64,000 nt of DNA. It comes from Octopus bimaculoides (Eukaryota). The notes beneath the pieces were generated by a model. That model did not search any database and was not told the origin of the DNA. It was given only the letters and a program-made list of their open reading frames with translations. The stretch is taken from assembly GCF_001194135.2 (NCBI RefSeq), contig NC_068982.1, positions 110,541,969 through 110,605,968 on the forward strand. Direction: 5' to 3'. The position numbers and the translations under genes were made by a program. This document shows positions 45,195 through 56,526 of this stretch, in pieces (position 1 is the stretch's first letter; every line of letters starts with the position of its first letter).

Positions 45195-47544
45195 TCATCA
45201 TCATCATCATCATCGTTTAACGTCCGCTTTCCATGCTAGCATGGGTTGGACGATTTGACTGAGGACTGGTGAAACCGGATGGCAACACCAGGCTCCAGCC
45301 TGATTTGGCAGAGTTTCTACAGCTGGATGCCCTTCCTAACGCCAACCACTCTGGAACTGTTAGGATTGTACTGAAGATATAATGTAATGAGACAGTGGAG
45401 ACAAAAAGCCTTGCAGTATTTGTTCCAGATTTTTATGTTCTGAGTTCAAATCTCATCTTTGACTTTCATCTGTCCAGGGCAGTGATTACTGGAATCGTGT
45501 GTGCTGGGCAAAATTCTGACTCTTTACATTCTGCAGGCTCAGGTAGGAATAAGGCACTTGTCGTACATAGTATGTAGCCAATATGATGATGCCTTATATA
45601 AAAAAAAACACAACAGAAATAGCATCATCATCATTTAACGTTTGTTTTCCACCCTGGCATGGGTAGGACATCTACAATAATTCTATGACAAGCACACAGC
45701 TCTTGTCAAGGAAACCACTGTGGGTCTTTCATGAGTCTGATGATGCAAGGAAGACGGTAATGTAATAAGCCAATGTAGGTTACACAGGACTGGCACTCCC
45801 TATTTCTTTCCACAAGCCCCATGGAAAGATTTGAGTGCAGTATGGCCTATCAATGAAACAACTATTGAACATACATTCTCTCTACAGTATTGAAATGTAA
45901 TCGCTTCTAAATGGCATTGTCTTAACAAATGATGGATACTTTAGATAGTGTAGTTCTAAAGTAATTACTGACTGTGAAGTCTTGGCTTCAAAATTATAAG
46001 TAATAATAAGTAAACTTTACTAAAAGTATTGAGTACATTTATCTCCTTTTTGTAAATTCCAATTCACTTCTCTTCTGTTCACCTCTCTCTATGTGCGTGC
46101 ATACATACATACATGCATGTATGTATCAGCTGAGCAAGTTTCTGCTGATTGCTTGACACTGGTAAAAACTAAAATTCCCTTCTTATCACAACATACCTTT
46201 AAAAAAAGAAAACACTAAATAAATTCATTATATTTGAAAAAGATGTGATGGTCACAACTGGAATCCTCTTTATCATTTACTCAATCAGGACTGACATGGA
46301 CTCAAACAACAACAAATGTTTAACAAGATCCCAGTCAACTTGATTTTTATACTAAATTTGGCTTTATTCTCAATAAAGAGTCTTCCCATCAGTAATTGTT
46401 CTGTTGTTATTCTTAAACTTGCTTTAAAATAATAACCTTATCTCTTTTACTTGTTTCAGTCATTTGACTGCAGCCAAGCTGGAGCACCGCCTTTAGTCGA
46501 GCAAATCGACCCCAGGACTTATTCTTTGGAAGCCTAGTACTTATTCTATCGGCCTCTTTTGCTGAACCGCTAAGTTACGGGGACGTAAACACACCAGCAT
46601 TGGTTGTCAAGCGATGTTGGGGGGGACAAACATATACACACACATACATATATATACGACAGGCTTCTTTCAGTTTCCGTCTACCAAATCCACTCACAAG
46701 GCTTTGGTTGGCCCGAGGCTATAATAGAAGACACTTGCTCAAAGTGCCACGCAGTGGGACTGAACCCAGGACCATGTGGTTGGTAAGCAAGCTACTTACC
46801 ACACAGCCACTCCTGCACCTATATAATAACATTTATATATTTATACACACACAACCAGGAATCACTGATAAATTGCATGCATGCAATCAGTCGCCATCAG
46901 CTTAACAAGAATATCCGTTATCCTTACATCGATGTTACGAAGGAGTTCCTTTGCTTCACTTAGTTTTATACAACCCATTGCTAAACAGCCAAAAGTTCTT
47001 TGGTTAGGATGTAAATTATCTTCCCCAATTTTGTGCAGAACATCCTGAAATAAAAAAAAAACAAAAACATATAAGAGTGAACAAAAATAAAACTCTTACT
47101 ACTTTCTACAAATTACATGGTTTTCTTGGGATTTCAAACAAAGCACATCATCATCATCATATGTGCAGATGATGATGGTGGTGATGATAAGTCTTGTCTA
47201 ACCTCTGATAACATGCAAAAAGCTGATGTAAAAATGATCATAATGATGAAATTTAATCAATATTGTCCATGTCCCATGTTGGTATGGGTTGGATGGTTTG
47301 ATAGGATCCGATGGGACCAAGGACTGCAATGTGGTCCAGTGTTATTTTGGCATGGTTTCTATGGTTGGATGCCCTTCCTAATGCCAACCACTTTACAGTA
47401 TGTACTGGATGCTTTTTCCATAAAGTCAGTAACTAAAGAGGTTGCCAAGCAACTTGTAAGATTATGAACCTCAAGGAAGGACTTTATGTTAGGAGAATAA
47501 GGTTTAGAGAGGGATAAAATATAAGAGAAAAGAGCTGGAAGTAT

Positions 47545-47584
<40 letters not shown>

Positions 47585-50500
47585 ACTTTTAATAGAGCTC
47601 AAAACTGATCCATTGAAAATACTTTATTATAATGATAATAATAATAATAATGAAAATGACCTATGATATATTTATATACATATATATCACCACCATCATT
47701 TGCCATGCTAGCATGGAAAAAGTAGGTATAAAAACAATGGTGATGAGACATAATGATTTTATGAACATTCATATATATTAAATGTATATTTTGTGTATAT
47801 GTGATCAGGGAAGTGTAAAGCCATGTGTATGGGTGTTGGGTTCATCATTGTAAGATTATGGGTACAGTTCCTAGTTTGGTGAGTTTAGGAACTTGCTTTA
47901 GAGGAGCATCATTTGAAAAAGATAGAAAGGAGGAATTGGAGAAGTTTTTGCATGTGGCAATGTGTATCAAGGTGATTGTGAGGAAAGTTTTCTCTTGAGT
48001 TGTTCAATATAGAGATGGAGATGGTAGAATATATAAAATTTTGTTAGAGGTAACATATGACCTGGGAATGGTAGACTTCACAAGAAAAATGAAACATACA
48101 GAGAGATGTTATAATGCAGGCTTGAAAAAATATGGGCTATAAGATCACACATGTTCACACACACAATTGTATGTTATTAGACAGCAGAATGATTGACAAA
48201 CATAAAACAAACCCTTGCATCCTGATACCGTAAGGACCGATTTCTTCTCCTGATTATCATGTTATACAAATCAATGTCTGGTTGCACCCCCAAACTTTTC
48301 ATGTAGGCCAGAATTTCAACTTCTGCATTATTGTTTAATGGCAAGCAGTCAATTATTTGAGTGAAGGTTAAAATATTTGGCTTGATTTTGTTTTTCTCCA
48401 TATCTTTAAGAATACTGAAAGGTCCACCTATCAGAGCAAGTCGATTATCTGGATAAGTAAGATCAAGACTTTTTCCTGACTCTGACTGATCGAAATAGTT
48501 TGGTTCTTTTTCAATCAAATTGCTAATTGGTTGAACGATTTGATCTGCTTTAGAATGATTTACACTGCTCACTGGAATTTCACAATCTTCATTTATTTTG
48601 TCTGAAATTTCAAAGAAAGTTTGTCAAAATTCTAAAATAAGATATTAGGCTTGAATAACTGAGTTAGACCTATTTCTTTCAATGGTCTTTTGTTACAGGT
48701 TTTTTAATGTTAGTATGAAGTAAGGTTGATTTTGAAGATTTCAACATTTGTATATTGTTGAAGAAATTGTTTTTAAGTTATATACAGTTTTTTCTTTTAA
48801 ACATTTAAGTGTGAAATAGAAGTGGAATGTTTGTTAACCAAACACTAGAGTATTCAGAGTTATGCACTGGCCTTCAGATGTATACATACAAATGCTTAAG
48901 ATTTAAACTCATAGCTATATCAATTTTATAGTTCATCAATTTAACCTGACAATCATTATGTAAAATAATAGAACTATCCAACATACATTTAAAAAATAAA
49001 TGGTCAAAACAAGTACCACATGAGTTTCTATTTTATTAGATACATTTACATCCATGAGACACAAATGTTAATGTAGCTAATAAAGCTATATTAATATCTA
49101 TTGATTTTTGCCTCTGTCTATTTGTTAATAAGAAAATATACTCAACATCTGTGAAATCACTTATTTATGCTACCTTGATCTACAATGTTGCTGCATAATT
49201 TTAAGTGTTGTCTTTATTTGAACAGATCTCAACTGGTTTGGCAGAAGCACAGATCATTATCATGAGCCAAAAGACACTCAATATGGACACTCGACCTGTT
49301 AGAAATGGTTGGCAAATCTCCCTCAAATTATAATCTACCAGCTTGAAAAGGGAGAGACTCATTGGATAATACAGTCCTAGATGCACATCGTCTGAGAGAA
49401 AGATGGGCTAGAATGCATTTGATTATAAAACTGGTCAGTCAGGACTGACTTGGGGTTGAACTACAACACTGCATTCATTTTACTTTGACTTCAGACTCTT
49501 TCACATATTAATATTTCAATAAGGCTTGACATCATCATATTTTTTATTTGTTTTTATAAATTGATTTGATGTTGCTGATGTATGATCTGAACATCTGTAC
49601 TGGTATAGAAAAACTTCTGAAAAAGTGTTCATTAGCAAAATTCAAGTTAAGAAAGAGAAAATACCTTCATCTACTGAGGTCGACTTATTATGGTTTGATG
49701 GTGCAGTGCGTTCAGGGAAATTCATAACATTACTAGTGGTACCAAACCCTGAATCCCTGACTGTACGGATTAATAAGTTGTAGAGTGGAAGATCTGGTTT
49801 AATTTTCAGAGAGCCCAATTGTTTCCAAACCTATAAAAAAAAATGAAACTTATTTACATGCATAACAGGTATGTCTATGTGGTTAAACAGTTTGCATTGC
49901 AACCATGTGGTTCTGGGTTTGACCCTACTGCACAGCACTTTGGACAAGTCTCTTCTACCATAACCTGAGACTGACTTGCATGTAAAATTTGGCTGACAGA
50001 AAACCCATCAAAAATATATACAAATATATAAGACACTGAGCCTTATGAAGGAGGTGATTAAGGACTGACATATCTGGCGCACTGCTGTACACTGAAGAAG
50101 ACCCCCTCTGCCACAGCAGAACTGATACTGATGCTGGTGCCATGTTAAAAGTACTGGTTCTGGTGCCACATAACATGGACACACATATCTTTTCATCAGA
50201 AAAGAAGGCAGTGCAATGACCCTTTATGGAGGGACAAAGTTATTTTAAAAACTTAAAATTTGGCCTAGATGCTTGCAAAAGAGTAGACAATACTAAAGGT
50301 ATAATACTAAATGTATAAGACCACCAACTGGTACCTAAAGTACTAGGTGATGTTAAACTGGTTATACACACACTACTATTATAGCTTTTAATTAGAATTG
50401 AACATATTCTTGATTCTGATAATCAATGGTTAATTGGCTATCCTTCTTGTCAATGTTTCTAGTTCAGATATTAATTCCCAATAACCAGATAAACTGGGGT

Positions 50501-53500
50501 ATGTAGAATTAAATGTCATGCCCAGAGGTGCAATGAAATAGTTGTCATAGATTTGAAGCCAAGACCTTGGGAGTTTGCTATTAGTAACATTTTAGTTTTG
50601 TAATCAACCATTTTGTCACCTCTATGAACCCCCAAAAATAAAAAAATAAAAAAAATAAAAACTTATGAGGGATTTGCTATATGGTCTCAAGACCTGCTAG
50701 AAACAGCAACCAAATCTCCCTGAAATAATGTCAGTGTTGTAAAGAAAGACATTAGATATAATTTGAAGAGATACCATTTTTGAATATAAGATGGAATGGT
50801 CATAGGTTGAAATTTTGATCATAGGTTTCTTTTGTCATTGTTTTAACATCCACTTTCATTGCTTGTATAGTTCAGACAGAATTTGTTGAGGTGCATTTTT
50901 AAGGTCATATTCTCTTCCTCTTGCTAGCTCTCAACTGTTTTCAAATAAGGTAATATTTCCTCATAACCGGACATGTTTTCACAGAAGATTGGAAATGAAG
51001 TACACTTCTAGCATGACAGTAACATTCATTTATATCATACAATGTCAAGTCAAAGAGACAGCAAGACACACACACATGATAGAAAAAAAAAAAAGAAATG
51101 TCTGATGAGAAGTTAAAAGAAAAGCATTGTTTACCTGTAGGGCATGTCTGAGACCTGCCTTTTTGTCTGATACACATCCCATCAATAGGAAACTGAATAA
51201 TTCAGCATCTGGAGGATGTATTTCACAGAAGCTATCAGCAACCTTGAATGCTGTCGGAATGTCACCACAGACACTGTAAGATTTTATCATTGCTTTGTAT
51301 GTGATTGGATGAAGTGGCACTTCTTTCTCAAGGATTAATTCATGAAGTTTACGAGTCCTTTGTAAACCATCGCTCAACCAAGGAGAATTGGAACAGCAGT
51401 TGAATAAACAAGTGTAGGTGTGACCTGTAGGTTGTATCCCCATCTTCTTCATCTGAAAAAGATATTAATTTGCTCATAAAAAAACTCACCATCATCATCA
51501 TCATCACACCACAAACAATGTAGGTTTTCTGCAAATCTGCATATGTTATATAAATTATTTATTATAAAAAAGAGGAACAATTAGCTTTCACAGGCCTTGA
51601 GACTGGTGGTATTGTTGAGGCTTAGTTTGAACTTTTGAAAGTTCATGTCTGTAGAATATATATGGGCAGGGACAGAGTTTGAGAGAAGAACAGTTCTGGT
51701 GAAAAAGGATAAAGTAGATAGTTCCATTCAGATTTTGATGGCGGAAGATATAGTATGGATGACAGGTGGTCTTAACTGGGGGTAATTGTTTATTAGTTCG
51801 GAAGAGGAGGAACCATTGTAATATTAGAGAGAGAGAGAGAGTGTGTAGACTATATGTCTGTAATGGCTGTAGCATGTTGGTGAGTGAGGATTTGTGAATC
51901 ACTTGCATGGTATTTTTGATAGCAATTTTTGGAGGTGGCAGCCTAGCATGTTTGTATGTACTGTGGATGTCCTGTCTCACATATGTGAACAAGATTTTAA
52001 TGTGCAGTAGATATGTACATTGCAGTAATAAAACATTAATGGGATCATAGTGTAGGAACCAGCATTGTATAATTGACCATAGTGCTGAATTTAAGTACTT
52101 GTATGGGTCTGAAGAAGGTGATGGGAAATGACTGCCAAGAAATACCCACTATATGTAAACTAAGTGATAAGCAGGGACCCATCAACCAAACGTTTATGAG
52201 ACCAAGACTCAGTATAGAAAGACTTACTTTATTAAACAAACTGAAAGCTTTCTTGGTGTATCCAGTTTTTCCAAGAATACCAAGAAGTTGGTTAAAAACA
52301 TAAGCGTTTGGCATGACACGGTGTTTCTTTAGCATCATGTCTTCCAGTGTATCAATAGCTTCCAAAATCTAAAACAGAATGAAAAAAAAAAAAAAGAGAA
52401 TGGATTAAAAAATTCCCCAAAAGTTGTACCATAAACTGAGCAATATATATTTTTATGCACAACATAATGTGTTTAAATAATACATTGAAGGTTGAGGGTA
52501 TAATTTTATCAATAAAATTTGTATTTCTTCAATACAGGAAGACATCTTCAAGATGTGGTGACTTCTAGAAGAGAGAACAACTTAGTACAGAACATTGATC
52601 TTTTAACATTTTCAGATTAGCATCTTCTCTCCACATGACCTTAACATTATCAACCTTTTGCAGACAGCCATCAACAATGACATCCTCTGACACCTACAAT
52701 TCGTCTCTCTCCCCAGTGACCACATCCTCAGTACGACTTCCACAGACCCAAATCCATATTTCAATCACTGGAGATGTACTCTCTTATGTCACTGCCCAGT
52801 GGACTGTCACTTTAGAGAAATTTGGTGAAAGCAATGTTATTGCCCAAGGCATTAGCAAAGCCTTTGACCAAGCTACACATACAGACCTCCTGGACTGCAT
52901 CCAGAGAGTAGTCACTTGACTGACTGGCATTAAATCTTAGAATAATTTCCCTCCTTCCTTCAACCAGTTTCAGAGACCCTTGAGAAAGGTCATAGGTACT
53001 GTCCTTCTACCTCTGACTAAATCAATAGCAAACAAAGTTGTGATGTAAAATGTGACTATATCAGACAATAAGTCATAGGCTACACAAGGGCCAAAGTACA
53101 ACATTCACTGAAAATAAAAATTGCAGCATTTGCTTCTTTAAAATGTTACATATGTTAATATAACATTCAGGTTCTAATTTTTTCTTTGTCTCTTTTAAAT
53201 GTTCTACCAGTCATTTTGCTATATCAAAATGTTATGTAGTTTCTTTTGCACCCTCTTAGTTTGAAATTAATTTATTGATTTTTATTTCCAGAGAAATTGA
53301 TTTTCTTGAATATATTTAACAATATAAAATATTAATTCTAACTGAAGTGTTAGCTTAGAGTGAAGTTCAAATAATGAAAGGAAATAAAACCGAAATGGAA
53401 ACGATTAAATGATGTTTCTGTATGCATAAGGTAAAAGTAAAAAAAAAACAAACAAACAGAAAACCAACTCAAAAGTGAAAACGTGTAAACCGAGTGACAG

Positions 53501-56500
53501 CATATTTTGGTAGTATTAGATGTCCAACTGAATTATCTCCCTTAACATCAAAGATGACTGCATTTCGTATCTTAATGAAATAAATAAATTTGTAGCAAAG
53601 TAGTGAGGCCAATATACAAAAACCCTGAAAGGTGGTGCCCTCGCATGGCTGCTGTTCAATGAAAGAAGCATTCAAAAGAAGTAGATATCAAAAACAGCAA
53701 AGAAAACAGGAAGTGAAAGTTAACAAAGAAACTCAACCTTTCCTTCTTTTCCCAGTTGTTTGATCCTTCCAGCATACCAATATGGTTCATGTAATCGACC
53801 TTTTGGAGAGAGCCGGATGTGATTTCGACCTTCATTTTCATCTCTTTTGTCATCGACGAAGCTAAAATGAGAAATAATGTGAAAAAATATCAATTCACTA
53901 CGTTGTTTTTGTTTAGTTCTAGGTCAAACCATATCAGGCTGACTTTTTACCTAAGGCTTTCCAGTCGTAACTATCCTGTCATTTTGGGGAGTCTGTGTCT
54001 ACATTATCCTACAATGTCCTTATTTAAGATGATTGAGTATAATTTGTAGAAGACTTAGCTGTTATTTCTAACAGGTTGAGAGACTATGAAGAAAGTCCTG
54101 CAGATTATCAGACAAGTCTGTAATGTATGCACCTCCTATATATCTAACTATAGTTACATACATATACACACACACACACATGCATATATTTTCAATACTT
54201 GTCTATGTAGGATGATAAAATTTGGGATATTTCTCAATACAATGTTGGAACATATGTTGTGTATTTTTACAGTTATATGCTTCTATTAGCTGCTTAACTA
54301 TGACAGCAAACTAACAATTATTTCAGTAGGGATCATTTATGAAAAGCCAAATGTTTTATAAACTTTTCATATACACCTCGGAAAAATTAGAATGTGGCAT
54401 TGAGGAAGCATCTATTAGATGCTTGGTCTGCTAGAAATAGCAACCAAATCTCAGAGAATTTCCACTGACCCAAGTAAGCAAGGAAATTAGATATCAAAAT
54501 GATTTTTATTGCTATTTTCTACAGCTGTCAGGTTTTCCTTCATGATCATGTGGTCCATATTCTAGCATCTTGACCATTTAGCCAATAAGAGAATACAAAT
54601 GAAAACCATACAAAATATGGAAACAGCATGGCTTAAGTGCTTAAGTTTGCTTTGTAACTGCATAATTCGAGGTTTGATCTCACAGCCATACCTTTAATAC
54701 ATGCTTTTCAACAGGGAGAGTATCTATAGTCAGAAACATCAACTCTTTCCAAGCAAGGAAGTATTCCTCAATGGTTAGATATATTTTCACAAAAGATTCA
54801 AAATGTACAACACTGCTTGTATGATGGTGACACCCATTTAAAACTACTGTGTGACGTTAAGGCAAAACACACACACACACACATATATATATTACATATA
54901 TATGATGGGCTTTTTTCAGTTTGCTTCTTCCAAATCCACTCACAAGGCTTTGATCAGTCCATCATCATCATCAGTATCATCACCATTGTCATTTAACATC
55001 TGCTTTCCATGCTGGCATGGGTTCGACGGTTTGACTGAGGACTGGCAAGTTTTCTACAGCTGGATGCCCTTCCTAACGCCAACTACTCCAAGAATGTAGT
55101 GGGTGCTTTTTATGTGCCACCAGCATGGGTGCTGGTCAGGCAGTGCTGGCATTGGCCACACTTGAATGGTGCTTTTTACATGTCAGTCAGGTGGCATTGG
55201 CATCGGCCATGCTTGAATGGTGCTTTTTACGTGCCACCAGCACAGATGCCAGTTCGGCAGCACTGGCATCAGCCAGGACTATGATTTCACTCAGTTCAAC
55301 AGGTCTTCACAAGCATGGCATATTACCTGATAATTAAAGGGTGCTTTTAAGTGGGTCAGTTATGTGACACTGGCATCAGCCATGACTATGATCTCATTTG
55401 GCTTGCTGGGTCTTCTCAAGCACAACATATTTCTAAAGGTCTCGGTTGCTCGCCATTGTCTCTGTGAGACCCAATATTTGAAGGTTGTGCTTCACCACCT
55501 CATCCCATGTCTTCCTGGGTCTACCTCTTCCACAGGTTCCCTGCACTGTTAGGGTGTGACACTTCTTCACACAGCTGTTCTCATCCATATGCAACTCTCC
55601 TACGGCTGTGGTAAAAGACATTTGCCCAGGATGTCACACAGTAGAATTGAACTTGAAACTGCATGGTTATGTGCAGCAATATAAATTTCCTGCAGTATTT
55701 GATCCCTGTGGAGCAAATATAACAAGCAGTAGAGATAATTCCATAATGGGAAGTAACTCTATATATGAACTCAACCAGTCAGTAACTAGAGAATTATAAA
55801 ATGAGCATGAGACTAAGTATTGAATTGATATAATTGACTAAAATCCATGAAGAAAGTGCTCCAGCACGGGACAACCCAATTACTGAAACTAGTAAAAGAC
55901 TAAACTCACCTGTCATCCTCAGTTTCATCGTAGAGCAATTTCCTTCGCTCCAATGGCTCAGCTAGGCTCCCAAAACTATCAGACCAAGAAGATTCAGATT
56001 TCAAGGTAGGGTATTTCTTAAAAGAAACTTCTTTTGGTTTTCTAACTGTACTTTTCTTTTCCTGTATTACAGAAGTATTTCTTAATAACTGTTCTTTTGG
56101 TTTTTCAACAATTGTTTTTTTTTTCTGTATTTTAGAAGTGTTTCTTAATGGCTGAAGAGCAGATTTCCTTGTACTTTGCCAAATATTACCAAACAAATTG
56201 GTGTCAGAACATGAAACAGTTGTTTTGAACCAATTTTTATTTTCTTCTTTTTCTTTTGCAGTCAGAATTCTCTTATAACGTTTTCGATGCACTTTCGACT
56301 TTGCAGTCTTTTTATTTTCCTCATTTTCAGGAGCTGGAGAAAGTTCAGCAGAAGAAGCAGTGACAGTGCAGTAGTTATTGGTTCCAGCTGAGATACTAGC
56401 CTTGGTTAGTTTTGTTGAGAGATTATCCAAGACAGTCACTGAAGGAATTTTGTTGAGACATATGTTTCTGGTAATTCCAGACTGTAACTGAATTGCTTTT

Positions 56501-56526
56501 ATAACTCCTATCAGTAAGTTTGACAT
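41388..56526 (-). CDS. PTCD1: Pentatricopeptide repeat-containing protein 1, mitochondrial; 9 coding exons, 743 aa
   Basis: complement join(56526..55910,53861..53738,52368..52228,51452..51135,49830..49665,48601..48213,47044..46928,44390..44208,41564..41388). PPR motifs plus PTCD1-like strings DSFGSL, PYWY, TYTCLFNCCSNSPW, FSFLLMGCVSDKKAGLRHALQVW and PEHPWEDFR. All junctions GT-AG and in phase. Confidence 0.93.
41760..42435 (-). mobile_element. RTE LINE 3' end (gapped)
   Basis: (CAT)n plus cgtttaacgtctgctttccatgct block and gtgccaccagcac subrepeats. Confidence 0.75.
42835..43199 (+). mobile_element. SINE family B (older copy)
   Basis: Homologous to 12126-12510, with a partly deleted head. 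Confidence 0.8.
43880..44160 (-). mobile_element. RTE LINE 3' end
   Basis: (CAT)n-tttaacgtcagttttccatgctggcatgggttggacgg block. Confidence 0.75.
44208..44390 (-). CDS. PTCD1: PTCD1 coding exon 8
   Basis: attttag|EIGMEPNIEIFGLL…KPNTVFIQHIE…ILQA|gtatgt. Confidence 0.9.
46441..46820 (-). mobile_element. SINE family B, young copy
   Basis: Nearly identical to 36431-37012. Confidence 0.9.
46928..47044 (-). CDS. PTCD1: PTCD1 coding exon 7
   Basis: atttcag|DVLHKIGEDNLHPNQRTFGCLAMGCIKLSEAKELLRNID|gtaagg. Confidence 0.9.
48213..48601 (-). CDS. PTCD1: PTCD1 coding exon 6
   Basis: atttcag|…DNRLALIGG…MEKNKIKPNILTFTQII…QPDIDLYNMIIRRR…DAR|gtttgt. Confidence 0.92.
49665..49830 (-). CDS. PTCD1: PTCD1 coding exon 5
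   Basis: ttttatag|VWKQLGSLKIKPDLPLYNLLIRTVRDSGFG…DE G|gtattt. Confidence 0.92.
51135..51452 (-). CDS. PTCD1: PTCD1 coding exon 4 (PPRs)
   Basis: MKKMGIQPTGHTYTCLFNCC…LRHALQ|gtaaac. Confidence 0.95.
52228..52368 (-). CDS. PTCD1: PTCD1 coding exon 3 (PPR)
   Basis: ILEAIDTLEDMMLKKHRVMPNAYVFNQLLGILGKTGYTKKAFSLFNK|gtaagt. Confidence 0.93.
52640..52900 (+). mobile_element. CR1/Jockey-group LINE RT fragment
   Basis: TGDVLSYVT…LEKFGESNVIAQGISKAFDQATHTDLL resembles RT motif …DISKAFD…H..LL. Confidence 0.65.
53738..53861 (-). CDS. PTCD1: PTCD1 coding exon 2 (…RLHEPYWYAGRIKQLGKEGK)
   Basis: cattttag| … AAG|gttgag. Not shown in the ORF track, but phase and motif fit. Confidence 0.88.
54961..55610 (-). 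mobile_element. 5'-truncated RTE LINE with 3' UTR subrepeats and (GAT)n tail
   Basis: MDENSCVKKC…GRGRPRKTWDEVVKHNL, followed on the minus strand by the 3' UTR and tail. Confidence 0.88.
55910..56526 (-). CDS. PTCD1: PTCD1 coding exon 1 (exon starts at acceptor 56541; ATG 56526)
   Basis: ttttgcag|ATTTCC…, basic/hydroxylated N-terminus, SDSFGSL, donor AG|gtgagt. Confidence 0.85.
56011..56153 (-). repeat. 63-nt in-frame tandem duplication within PTCD1 exon 1
   Basis: CTTTTGGTTT at 56031 and 56094. Peptides LRNTSKIQKKKTIVEKPKEQL and LRNTSVIQEKKSTVRKPKEVS. Confidence 0.85.
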
